A stretch of 62,425 nt of DNA, the filler included. It is 4 parts of 4 records of this genome, joined end to end, with 100 filler letters (N's around TTAATTAATTAA, not from the genome) between each part and the next. Parts side by side here need not be neighbours in the genome. Positions count along the whole stretch, not along the records: positions 33,535 to 56,508 come from SRR20825006_10; 3 more parts are not named here. One strand, written 5' to 3'. The position numbers and the translations under genes are program-made. How positions within the stretch are numbered: position 1 is the stretch's first letter; each line of letters starts with the position of its first letter. Of the stretch, positions 47,003 to 56,608 are shown in pieces. The notes below the pieces were generated by a model, which searched no databases, was not told the origin of the DNA, and was given only the letters and a program-made list of their open reading frames with translations.

Positions 47003-47038
47003 ATATCCCTTTGTATTTTTATACGAAGGGATATTTTT
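47003..47038 (+). terminator. Terminator closing the ahpC-trx-DUF6952 operon
   Basis: ATATCCCTTTGTAT-TTTT-ATACGAAGGGATAT followed by TTTT. Confidence 0.75.
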
Positions 47039-47130
47039 GTTTAAAAAAAGTTACATTTCTTTAAATGTATATTGGCACTTCGGAAACAAACGAATTATTA
47101 TCTTTATACTTTAATAATAAAACCAAAACT

Positions 47131-47631
47131 ATGGCAACCATAAAATTAGGTGAAAACACTATAGAAACTGTTGGAAACCTTCCAAATATAGGCGAATCAG
47201 CTCCAGATTTCACACTTACAACGCAGGATTTAACCTCAAAAACACTTGCGGATTTTAAAGGAGAAAGAGTGCTATTGAATATTTTTCCAAGTATTGACAC
47301 TGGTATTTGTGCTACTTCAGCAAGAAAATTTAATGAAGAAGCTTCAAAACTGAGTAATTTAAAAGTTTTATGTGTTTCAAAAGATTTGCCTTTTGCACAA
47401 AAACGTTTTTGTGCAGCTGAAGGAATTCAAAATCTAGAAATGCTATCTGACTTTCGTGATGGTAATTTCGGAAAAAATTATGGTGTAGCTATGCTAAATG
47501 GTGCATTACAGGGATTACATTCGCGAGCGGTATTGGTTTTGGATGAAACTGGAACAGTAATTCACAGACAACAAGTACCAAATATTGGTGAAGAACCTGA
47601 CTATGCTTCTGCTTTAAAACCATTGCTATAA
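47131..47631 (+). CDS. tpx: Thiol peroxidase Tpx
   Basis: FPSIDTGICA, SKDLPFAQKRFC, EEPDY; start at ATG 47131. Confidence 0.95.
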   Translation: MATIKLGENTIETVGNLPNIGESAPDFTLTTQDLTSKTLADFKGERVLLNIFPSIDTGICATSARKFNEEASKLSNLKVLCVSKDLPFAQKRFCAAEGIQNLEMLSDFRDGNFGKNYGVAMLNGALQGLHSRAVLVLDETGTVIHRQQVPNIGEEPDYASALKPLL

Positions 47632-47990
47632 TGTGGAAAACCTATTTAGGAAAACGCCTAAAAGGATGTGGTTATGCACTTAAAGGCGCTTTGCTTTTAC
47701 TAAAAAGTGAAGCGAGTATTCAAGTTCAAACCGCAATTGCTATTTTAATGACAGTTGCTGGGTTTTATTTTAAAATTTCAAACACGGAATGGATGTTTCA
47801 AATTTTTTCAATCGGTTTGGTAATGAGTATTGAAGGGTTAAATACCGCTGCAGAAGAAATAGCGGATTTTGTGCATCCAGATTTTCACAATAAAATTGGG
47901 TTTATTAAAGACGTAGCTGCCGGAGCTGTATTTTTTGCAGCAATTGCAGCAATACTGGTTGGTTGTATCATTTATATCCCTAAATTTTAG
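47631..47990 (+). CDS. dgkA: Prokaryotic diacylglycerol/undecaprenol kinase (DgkA family)
   Basis: EGLNTAAE, KDVAAGAV, three TM helices. Confidence 0.88.
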   Translation: MWKTYLGKRLKGCGYALKGALLLLKSEASIQVQTAIAILMTVAGFYFKISNTEWMFQIFSIGLVMSIEGLNTAAEEIADFVHPDFHNKIGFIKDVAAGAVFFAAIAAILVGCIIYIPKF

Positions 47991-48124
47991 AAATCATTTT
48001 CTTTAAAATACAGTCTTTTTTATTTTAAAAATAAACTAGAAATTTTCAGCCTTGAATTTTAAATAATAATATGGTTTGTGCCGTTTGATATTTGTATTTT
48101 TGCTAACATACAACCGTTCCATTA

Positions 48125-50473
48125 ATGGCTAAGAAAAAGAAAACAACAACAAAAACACCACACAAAAAAATAAGCTTTTCGCTATCTAAACAACAAAAAA
48201 TACTTTTGGGTAGTTTTTTGTTTTTACTAGGGCTTGCCTTGTTGTTTTCATTTGCATCCTACTTTTTTACTTGGCAAACTGACCAAAGTGAAATAGGAAT
48301 ATTAGCAGAACGTGAGCTACAAACAAAAAATTGGCTTAATAAATTTGGTGCAAACGTTGGTCATTTTTTTATTCATAACGGCTTCGGGGTTTCAGCTTTT
48401 ACAATTGCTTTTCTAATAACCGTAACTGGAATCTATTATTTCTTCGATTATGCTAAAAAACAATTGGCAAAATTCTGGTTTTGGGGATTATTATTAATGC
48501 TTTGGATTTCTGTTGGTTTCGGATTTTTTGGAGAAAAAACAACACTTTTTAGCGGAATTATTGGCTACGAAGTGAACGATTTAATGCAAGACTATCTAGG
48601 TCTCGTTGGAACCATTTTAGTAATGACTTTTGTCTTGATTATCTATCTTGTAGTTAGACTAAAGCTTACTCCTGAAATGCTTATTGACACCTTCAAAAGC
48701 TCTAAAAAGAAAATAGCTTCTGAATTTGATGTTGAAGAAAAAGTAAGTGTGCCTTCGCATTCGGTTTCAACTTCTAACGAAATTGAAGAAGAAGCAGCAG
48801 AACCCTATATTGAAAAAAAACATACCCCTCCTCCTCCACCACCTGAAAAAATAATCCTAAAGTCTGATGTTGAAGGCGATGTGGAAATGGAAGTTGAACA
48901 AGCTGCTGAAGAAGAAGAAATTGATACCCTTAGCGATAAACTTGTAAAAGATTTCGGAGAATTTGACCCTAAATTGGAATTGAGTAATTATAAATTTCCA
49001 ACTTTAGAATTATTGCGTGACCATACAGCCGGTGGCGGAATTACAATCGATCAAGAAGAACTGGAAGAAAATAAAAACCGAATTGTTGAAACACTCAACA
49101 ACTATAAAATTGGGATTGCAAATATTAAAGCAACAGTTGGCCCAACCGTAACGCTTTATGAAATTGTTCCCGATGCTGGAGTTCGTATTTCAAAAATTAA
49201 AAACCTTGAAGACGATATAGCGCTTTCACTTTCTGCATTAGGCATACGCATCATCGCTCCAATTCCTGGGCGTGGAACCATTGGTATTGAAGTGCCCAAC
49301 AAAAATGCAAAGATAGTTTCAATGCGCTCTGTAATTGCTTCGGCTAAATTTCAGAATGCTGAAATGGAACTTCCAATTGCATTTGGAAAAACCATCAGTA
49401 ACGAAACATTTGTGGTAGATCTTGCCAAAATGCCCCATATGCTTATGGCAGGAGCAACTGGACAAGGAAAATCAGTTGGTTTGAATGCTGTATTAACATC
49501 ACTTCTTTATAAAAAACACCCTGCAGAAGTAAAGTTTGTTTTGGTAGATCCTAAAAAAGTTGAGCTAACGCTTTTCAACAAAATTGAAAGACATTACCTC
49601 GCAAAACTTCCAGATACAGACGAAGCTATAATAACTGATACCACCAAAGTGGTTCATACTTTAAATTCGCTTTGTATTGAAATGGACGCACGTTACGATC
49701 TTTTAAAAGATGCAATGGTGCGTAACATTAAAGAATACAATACAAAATTCAAAAACAGAAAACTAAACCCGAATGAAGGCCACCGTTTTTTGCCTTACAT
49801 TGTTTTGGTAATTGATGAATTTGCAGATTTAATTATGACTGCTGGCAAGGAGGTAGAAACACCAATTGCACGTTTGGCGCAACTTGCACGAGCAATCGGG
49901 ATACATTTAATTATTGCTACACAACGTCCTTCGGTAAACGTGATTACGGGTATAATAAAAGCCAACTTCCCAGCTAGAATCGCTTTTAGAGTAACTAGTA
50001 AAATTGATTCAAGAACTATTTTAGATAACTCTGGTGCCGATCAATTAATTGGTCGTGGCGATATGCTTTATACACAAGGAAATGAGCTAACACGTATTCA
50101 ATGTGCATTTGTAGATACACCCGAAGTGGCAGATATTACAGAATTTATTGGCTCACAAAAAGCATATCCTGACGCACATTTACTCCCAGAGTACGTTGGC
50201 GAGGAAGGTGGCACAACTCTTGATAATGACATATCGGAACGCGATAAACTTTTTCGTGAAGCTGCAGAAGTTTTAGTAATTGCACAGCAAGGTTCTGCTT
50301 CATTATTACAGCGAAAGCTTAAATTGGGATACAATCGAGCTGGTAGAATTATTGACCAAATGGAGGCCGCTGGTATTGTTGGCCCTTTTGAAGGCAGTAA
50401 GGCACGGCAAGTTCTCGTTCCAACATTAGAAGCATTAAACCAACTTTTAGATAACGAAACAAACAATAATTAA
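48125..50473 (+). CDS. ftsK: DNA translocase FtsK
   Basis: N-terminal TM domain, GATGQGKS, IDEFADL, ATQRPS, gamma domain GYNRAGRIIDQ. Confidence 0.97.
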   Translation: MAKKKKTTTKTPHKKISFSLSKQQKILLGSFLFLLGLALLFSFASYFFTWQTDQSEIGILAERELQTKNWLNKFGANVGHFFIHNGFGVSAFTIAFLITVTGIYYFFDYAKKQLAKFWFWGLLLMLWISVGFGFFGEKTTLFSGIIGYEVNDLMQDYLGLVGTILVMTFVLIIYLVVRLKLTPEMLIDTFKSSKKKIASEFDVEEKVSVPSHSVSTSNEIEEEAAEPYIEKKHTPPPPPPEKIILKSDVEGDVEMEVEQAAEEEEIDTLSDKLVKDFGEFDPKLELSNYKFPTLELLRDHTAGGGITIDQEELEENKNRIVETLNNYKIGIANIKATVGPTVTLYEIVPDAGVRISKIKNLEDDIALSLSALGIRIIAPIPGRGTIGIEVPNKNAKIVSMRSVIASAKFQNAEMELPIAFGKTISNETFVVDLAKMPHMLMAGATGQGKSVGLNAVLTSLLYKKHPAEVKFVLVDPKKVELTLFNKIERHYLAKLPDTDEAIITDTTKVVHTLNSLCIEMDARYDLLKDAMVRNIKEYNTKFKNRKLNPNEGHRFLPYIVLVIDEFADLIMTAGKEVETPIARLAQLARAIGIHLIIATQRPSVNVITGIIKANFPARIAFRVTSKIDSRTILDNSGADQLIGRGDMLYTQGNELTRIQCAFVDTPEVADITEFIGSQKAYPDAHLLPEYVGEEGGTTLDNDISERDKLFREAAEVLVIAQQGSASLLQRKLKLGYNRAGRIIDQMEAAGIVGPFEGSKARQVLVPTLEALNQLLDNETNNN

Positions 50474-50474
50474 A

Positions 50475-51113
50475 ATGAAAAAAATCAGTGTTATTTTAAT
50501 CGCTCTTTTTATAACAACAATTTCGCAAGCACAAGAAGCTAAAACTTTAATGAATGAGGTTTCTGCCAAAGTGAAAAGCTACGACAACATTTCTATCGAC
50601 TTCAAATATAATTTGAACAATTCAAAAGAAAATGTAAATCAAGAAACTCGTGGCGATGTTACTCTTCAAGGTGACAAATACGTTTTGAATATGCTTGGAA
50701 CTACCCGAATTTTTGACGGAAAAAATATTTTTACTATTGTTCCAGAAGATGAAGAAGTAACTATTTCTGCATACAACCCAAAAGAGGATAAGGAAATTAC
50801 TCCTTCAAAAATGTTGACTTTTTATGAAAAAGGATACAATTATAAAATGGATATTACACAAAACGTAAAAGGTAGAAAAATTCAGTTTGTAAAACTTATT
50901 CCTATAGATTCAAAAGCTGAAATAAAGGATATTCTTTTAGGCATTGACGTACAGACAAAACACATTTACAAGCTGATTCAAACAGACGCCAAAGGCACTA
51001 AATACACACTTACTGTAAATTCTTTTAAAACAAATCAACCTGTTTCCAAAACCTTGTTTACTTTTGACGAGGCTAAATATAAAAAAGAAGGTTACTACAT
51101 AAATAAAATCTAA
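50475..51113 (+). CDS. lolA: Outer-membrane lipoprotein carrier LolA
   Basis: Signal peptide, IFDGK...EEVTI, TPS, FTFD; lies directly after ftsK. Confidence 0.85.
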   Translation: MKKISVILIALFITTISQAQEAKTLMNEVSAKVKSYDNISIDFKYNLNNSKENVNQETRGDVTLQGDKYVLNMLGTTRIFDGKNIFTIVPEDEEVTISAYNPKEDKEITPSKMLTFYEKGYNYKMDITQNVKGRKIQFVKLIPIDSKAEIKDILLGIDVQTKHIYKLIQTDAKGTKYTLTVNSFKTNQPVSKTLFTFDEAKYKKEGYYINKI

Positions 51114-51123
51114 CTACAGCTAA

Positions 51124-53130
51124 GTGAAAATACTGGACAGGTATATATTAGTAACATTTTTGAAGACGTTTTTAAGCGTCTTCATTATTTTAATGTTCAT
51201 ATTTGTCCTACAAACAATTTGGCTTTATATTTCTGAACTAGCAGGAAAAGACCTAGATGTTTGGATTATTTTAAAATTTCTTTGGTACGTTTCTCCACGA
51301 TTAATTCCATTGGTTTTACCATTAACTATTTTGGTTACATCACTAATGGTTTTTGGAAGTTTTGCTGAAAAATATGAGTTTGCTGCAATGAAATCTACCG
51401 GCATTTCGCTTCAACGTGCCATGGGAAGTGTTATTGGTTTTATAATTTTACTCTCTATAACGGCTTTCTTTTTCGCAAATAACGTAATTCCATATTCAGA
51501 GTATAAATGGCAGAATTTACGTCGGAATATTTCTCAACTTCAACCCTCTATGTTTATTTCTGAAGGACAATTTGGGCAAATTGGAGATGATTTTAATATA
51601 AAAGTTGAAGAAAAAAGTGGGGACCGTGGCCAGTACTTAAAAGATGTCGTAATTCATAAAAAAAATATCACAAGACCCAATGGTAACTTTACTGTAATTA
51701 TTGCAGACAATGGCGAAATTGCTAGTGAAGAAGGTAGTAATACACTTTCCTTGATTTTAAAACAAGGAAATTATTACGAAGAAATTCAATCTAAAAATCC
51801 TGCAAAACAAAAAGGAGCACCTTTCGCCAAAAGTTATTTTGATGAATACTCCATAAATATTGATCTTACAGAGTTAAATAATAAAGATCTTGACAAAGAG
51901 AATGATCTGAACAATCAAAACATGTACAATATCAGTGAGCTTCGGGTTGAAATAGATTCCCTTTCAGAAAGCTATACTAAAGATATTGAATCGTATACAA
52001 AGAATATGTACTATCGAAGTGGTTTGGAAAAAATAACGGGAAAAACTGTTAAGGACACTGTAAAACCAACAATTGTTTCAAGTATTTTAGAGATTTATAA
52101 CCCAAAGCATCAACTTCAAATAGTAAAACTTGCACTTAATAATGCTAAAGGTACATTACAAACTGTAGATGCTAAAAAAACAGAGTTTAAAGCAAAAACA
52201 AAGCGACTAAATAAAACTGAAATCGCACTACACGAAAAATATGCATTAGGCATTGCCTGTATAATTCTCTTTTTTGTTGGGGCGCCTTTGGGTGCTATAA
52301 TCCGAAAAGGAGGAATGGGATTGCCTATGGTAATAGCCATTTTACTGTTTTTAACCTATCACTTTATAGGCATTTTTGCGAAAAATAGTGCTGAAGATGG
52401 TACTATGCATCCCTTCATTGCAACATGGATAAGTACTGGCATCATGCTTCCACTAAGTATTTGGTTAACATATAGAGCAACTACTGATCAAGGGGTTTTT
52501 GATATGGATACTTTCTTTCAGCGTATTGCAAGACTCTTCGGAAAAAAAACAACCGATGCTGCAATTGTAGAGGGGGAACAAGCTATTTTACTTACCCAAT
52601 CTGAAAAAGCACTAGTTTTATCCCGAAACACTAAGCAACTTATTGATATTGTTAAAAATTACCGACAATATGGTTATTCTGAAGAAGTAAGAAAAGCTGC
52701 TTTACAACAATTAAATTTAAAAGGATATTCTGAATTGGAACTGAAAATGAGTGGTGATTTTGAGAATAAAAAATATTCAGTTGCTTTACAGAGCTTTAAT
52801 GAATCTTCGAGTTTCTCAAAAAAAGGATTAAATGCGTATTTTATTTCTATTATATGCTTAATAGGAATAATTTTGTTTAATAACATAGATATAACATATT
52901 CCGAAACACTTAAATTTATATTTCAAATTGGTCAGGTTATTTCTTTAATATCTTTATATATTTTAGCTATTAAAACTCTTTTTAGCAGTTCAAAATTTTA
53001 TAAAGTCTTGGGTAAAGAACAAGATACTGGAGATTGGATGATTTTTATGGTGCTAGGACCCGTTATTTATATAATTCTTCACTTTAATCACATTAAAAAA
53101 ATGAAAGAGGAATTACAAATGATATATTAA
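51124..53130 (+). CDS. LptF/LptG family LPS export permease with C-terminal extension
   Basis: MKILDRYI, E-AAMKS-GISL, GAPLGAIIRKGG; extra soluble segment and three TMs at the C-terminus. Confidence 0.9.
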   Translation: MKILDRYILVTFLKTFLSVFIILMFIFVLQTIWLYISELAGKDLDVWIILKFLWYVSPRLIPLVLPLTILVTSLMVFGSFAEKYEFAAMKSTGISLQRAMGSVIGFIILLSITAFFFANNVIPYSEYKWQNLRRNISQLQPSMFISEGQFGQIGDDFNIKVEEKSGDRGQYLKDVVIHKKNITRPNGNFTVIIADNGEIASEEGSNTLSLILKQGNYYEEIQSKNPAKQKGAPFAKSYFDEYSINIDLTELNNKDLDKENDLNNQNMYNISELRVEIDSLSESYTKDIESYTKNMYYRSGLEKITGKTVKDTVKPTIVSSILEIYNPKHQLQIVKLALNNAKGTLQTVDAKKTEFKAKTKRLNKTEIALHEKYALGIACIILFFVGAPLGAIIRKGGMGLPMVIAILLFLTYHFIGIFAKNSAEDGTMHPFIATWISTGIMLPLSIWLTYRATTDQGVFDMDTFFQRIARLFGKKTTDAAIVEGEQAILLTQSEKALVLSRNTKQLIDIVKNYRQYGYSEEVRKAALQQLNLKGYSELELKMSGDFENKKYSVALQSFNESSSFSKKGLNAYFISIICLIGIILFNNIDITYSETLKFIFQIGQVISLISLYILAIKTLFSSSKFYKVLGKEQDTGDWMIFMVLGPVIYIILHFNHIKKMKEELQMIY

Positions 53131-53227
53131 CCTCTTTTTTTTGTCTATATATAATTATGTTTTCCCTTCATACAATTCGCGTCTAACTTTCCGGCATTTA
53201 TTATCTTTGCACCATATTTAAAAAACT

Positions 53228-54376
53228 ATGCTTTCAACACAAAAAGAAACTTCCGTTCAACTCAACACCATTGAAGAAGCTATCGAAGACATTCGCAATG
53301 GCAAAATAATCATTGTAGTTGATGATGAGAATCGGGAAAATGAAGGAGATTTTATTGCCGCAGCTGAAATGGTTACGCCAGAAATGATAAACTTTATGGC
53401 TACCCACGGGAGAGGGCTTATTTGCGCACCACTAACTGAAGAACGTTGCAATGCGCTCGATTTAAACATGATGGTTGAAAACAATACAGTGCTACACCAC
53501 ACTCAGTTTACCGTTTCAGTAGATTTAATTGGGCATGGTTGCACAACTGGAATTTCTGTTCACGACCGTTCAAAAACCATAAAAGCACTTGTAAATGACG
53601 AAACAAAAGCTTCAGATTTAGGAAGACCTGGACATATTTTTCCATTACGTGCAAAGCAAGGTGGGGTTTTAAGAAGAACTGGACACACGGAAGCAGCAAT
53701 CGATTTAGCAAGACTCGCTGGCTTAAAACCAGCTGGAATTTTGGTTGAAATACTAAATGAAGATGGAACCATGGCACGACTTCCACAATTAATGGACGTT
53801 GCCAAAAAGTTCGATTTAAAACTTATTTCTATTGAAGATTTGGTAAAATACCGAATGGAACATGATTCCTTGATTGAAAAAAAGGAAGATTTTAATATCA
53901 ACACAAAATTCGGAGATTTTAGACTTCGTGCCTACAAACAAACCACAAACGACCAAATACATATTGCGCTTACAAAAGGTAGCTGGAATGAAAACGAACC
54001 CGTTTTGGTTCGTGTTAACGCTACTTTGGTGAATAGTGATATTTTGGGAACACTCACCAATAATGCAGAACAGAAGTTAGACGATATGTTTAACGTTATC
54101 AATAACGAAGGAAAAGGAGCGATTGTTTTTATAAATCAGCAGAGCCAATCTTTAAATCTTTTAAACCGTTTAAAAGATTTAAAAGAAGCACAAATACCAA
54201 ATGAAATTGCAAAAGCTTCACGTATTGAAATGGACGCTAAAGATTTTGGTATTGGCGCACAAATTCTACATAATTTAGGCATTCATAAAATACGATTGGT
54301 TTCAAACAGTGAACAAACCAAACGTGTAGGAATGATTGGGTATGGATTGGAAATTATGGAGTACGTAAGTTACTAA
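53228..54376 (+). CDS. ribB: 3,4-dihydroxy-2-butanone-4-phosphate synthase fused to a degenerate GTP cyclohydrolase II domain
   Basis: [24 protein letters not shown]-terminal domain keeps DFGIGAQIL but lacks the Zn-binding Cys. Confidence 0.92.
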   Translation: MLSTQKETSVQLNTIEEAIEDIRNGKIIIVVDDENRENEGDFIAAAEMVTPEMINFMATHGRGLICAPLTEERCNALDLNMMVENNTVLHHTQFTVSVDLIGHGCTTGISVHDRSKTIKALVNDETKASDLGRPGHIFPLRAKQGGVLRRTGHTEAAIDLARLAGLKPAGILVEILNEDGTMARLPQLMDVAKKFDLKLISIEDLVKYRMEHDSLIEKKEDFNINTKFGDFRLRAYKQTTNDQIHIALTKGSWNENEPVLVRVNATLVNSDILGTLTNNAEQKLDDMFNVINNEGKGAIVFINQQSQSLNLLNRLKDLKEAQIPNEIAKASRIEMDAKDFGIGAQILHNLGIHKIRLVSNSEQTKRVGMIGYGLEIMEYVSY

Positions 54377-55566
54377 AGCACTGCTATTATTGCTTTTTTC
54401 ATAGCTTCTGCCCTTTCTTTTACTTGTTTATCTGTCCAACCAATTTTTATCAATGACGATATGGTTCGGCTCATAATTGCATCACTTTTTGAAAAGTCTG
54501 TATTGTTTAAATCCTGTATTTGTTTTTTTACTTCCGAAGAAAGGTTTCCAAGCGATTTTAAATTTTTTAAATGTTCCCAGCCATTTATATAGTGCCAATT
54601 GTTTGTATACCAATAAAAACAAGCATCTACGCCAGCTTCAGAAAGTGCGTTATGCGCTTTTCTTGTCAACTCCTCCGTTGGAAGGAAAAAACTTAAAAAA
54701 GAATAGTTTTCTTCACCGCCGTCTGGGACACTTCGGAAGGTAACACCATCAATGCTTTGTAAGGCTTCGCGAATAATGGTATAATTATGTTTTTGAATTT
54801 TTAAAATTCCATCCAACTTATCCAATTGTGCCAAACCAACCGCGGCATTTAATTCAGATATACGGAAGTTATACCCCAAAAAAGGATGGCTTTCTGCCCC
54901 ACGATCGTTACCTATATGATCGTGCCCGTGATCTTGATAGTGGTCTGCATGTAGTGCAAACTTTTCAGAGTTGGTAATAACGCCTCCACCTTCACCACAA
55001 GTAATTGTTTTTACATAATCGAATGAAAAACAACCCAAATCGCCATAACTACCTAGCGGTTTTCCTTGGTAAGTACCTCCAATTGCTTGACAAGCATCTT
55101 CTAAAAGAATTAAATTATGTTTTTCGCAAATTGCCTTCAATACGCTTAAATTCGCCATAGAACCACACATATGCACAGGCATAATGCATTTCGTTTTTGA
55201 GGTAATTGCCGCTTCCACAGCTTGTGGATCGAGTGTTAAAGTAGCATCAATATCTACTAAAATTGGGATTGCTCCCAAAGCCAAAATAGATTCAAAACTA
55301 GCCACAAACGTGAAAGTTGGCATAATAACCTCATCTCCAGCACCAATGCCCGCAGCAGCAAGAGCAATTGTTAAAGCAGCTGTTCCGCTAGAAACAAGTT
55401 GGCAGTATTGCGCATCCATTCTTTTTGCAAAAGCGATTTCAAATTCTTTAGCTTTCCAATGGTTATTACGCATGCCATCAAAACCATAACGCATTAAAAC
55501 GCCAGTTTCCAATACATCATTTACTTGCTTGCGCTCTTCGGCGCCAAAAACTTCAAATCCAGGCAT
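54373..55566 (-). CDS. DegT/DnrJ PLP aminotransferase, KdnA-like (8-amino-Kdo synthesis)
   Basis: MPGFEVFG-EE, SSGTAAL, EDACQ, SFDYVKTITCGEGG, DHGHDHIGNDRGAE, WHY. Confidence 0.85.
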   Translation of the reverse strand: MPGFEVFGAEERKQVNDVLETGVLMRYGFDGMRNNHWKAKEFEIAFAKRMDAQYCQLVSSGTAALTIALAAAGIGAGDEVIMPTFTFVASFESILALGAIPILVDIDATLTLDPQAVEAAITSKTKCIMPVHMCGSMANLSVLKAICEKHNLILLEDACQAIGGTYQGKPLGSYGDLGCFSFDYVKTITCGEGGGVITNSEKFALHADHYQDHGHDHIGNDRGAESHPFLGYNFRISELNAAVGLAQLDKLDGILKIQKHNYTIIREALQSIDGVTFRSVPDGGEENYSFLSFFLPTEELTRKAHNALSEAGVDACFYWYTNNWHYINGWEHLKNLKSLGNLSSEVKKQIQDLNNTDFSKSDAIMSRTISSLIKIGWTDKQVKERAEAMKKAIIAVL

Positions 55567-55665
55567 TATTTATTGTCTATTTAGTTTAATTTATAAAGTA
55601 TTTAAGGAAGATGGTGCCCAAAGATAAGGGTTGCGCAGAGCAATGAAAAACTGAATTTATAAAAA

Positions 55666-56304
55666 TCAATTTATTTCAAGAATAAGTTCATCTACACCTC
55701 GACGAACTTTTTTTAGGTTACAGAAAAAATCTGTTTCATCTCGATACCCAACAGGTAGAACAATAACCGATTCTAACCCCTTTTCGTCCAATTTTAATAA
55801 AGAATCATACTTTTTGGGCTCAAAACCTTCTATGGGGCAGGCGTCAATATTTTCTACTGCACAGACGGTGAGTAATGCGCCAAGGGTAAGATAGAGCTGA
55901 TTTGCCATCCATTGACGGATTTCAGGCGCTTTTTTTTCTGAAAAATTAGCAATCAATTCCCTCTCAAAAGGATCTAAAATAGTACGTGGTGTTTTTCGCT
56001 CCCCTTCTACTCTTTTAAAATGCTCAATAATAAAATTAGTGTCTATATTTTTTTCAACACAAAGCACTAAAACATGTGATGCATCACGTACTTGCGGCTG
56101 ATTATATGTAAATGGCATCAATTCTGATTTTATTTTTGAATTGCTTACAATTACCAGTTTTAAAGGCTGTAACCCAAATGAAGTTGCTGTAAGATTAAAC
56201 GTTTCTTTTAAAATATGGAGCTTCTCTTCAGAAAGCATTTTTGAAGCATCAAACTTTTTTGTAGCGTAACGCCAACGTAGTTTTTCAATTGTTTTTGAGG
56301 GCAT
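55666..56304 (-). CDS. NAD(P)H nitroreductase family protein
   Basis: WRYATKKFD, SFGLQP, NQPQ, DACPIEGF, GYR. Confidence 0.92.
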   Translation of the reverse strand: MPSKTIEKLRWRYATKKFDASKMLSEEKLHILKETFNLTATSFGLQPLKLVIVSNSKIKSELMPFTYNQPQVRDASHVLVLCVEKNIDTNFIIEHFKRVEGERKTPRTILDPFERELIANFSEKKAPEIRQWMANQLYLTLGALLTVCAVENIDACPIEGFEPKKYDSLLKLDEKGLESVIVLPVGYRDETDFFCNLKKVRRGVDELILEIN

Positions 56305-56508
56305 TTAATAAAGGAATTAATATTCTATACAAAAATAGCGATAAAATTTTTGAACTTTAATTAAAAGGTAAGTCTTGAAATATTAAGGTTTTATACAACT
56401 AAGTAGTGATTATAGAATAAAAACTAAAAAAAGACTTAGAATATTAAAAAAAGCTTTTTATATTTGCACCCGCATTCAAGCAAATAGCTTGATGAGGCAC
56501 TCAAGGAG

Positions 56509-56608
56509 NNNNNNNNNNNNNNNNNNNNNNNNNNNNNNNNNNNNNNNNNNNNTTAATTAATTAANNNNNNNNNNNNNNNNNNNNNNNNNNNNNNNNNNNN
56601 NNNNNNNN
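56509..56608. other. Artificial contig-joining spacer
   Basis: 44 N + TTAATTAATTAA + 44 N; abrupt rise in GC content after it. Confidence 0.98.

Noticed and set aside
56459..56508. TATATTTG promoter and leader ending in GGAG at the contig end, suggestive of a tRNA start
   Set aside because: Only four possible tRNA bases are present, too little to call
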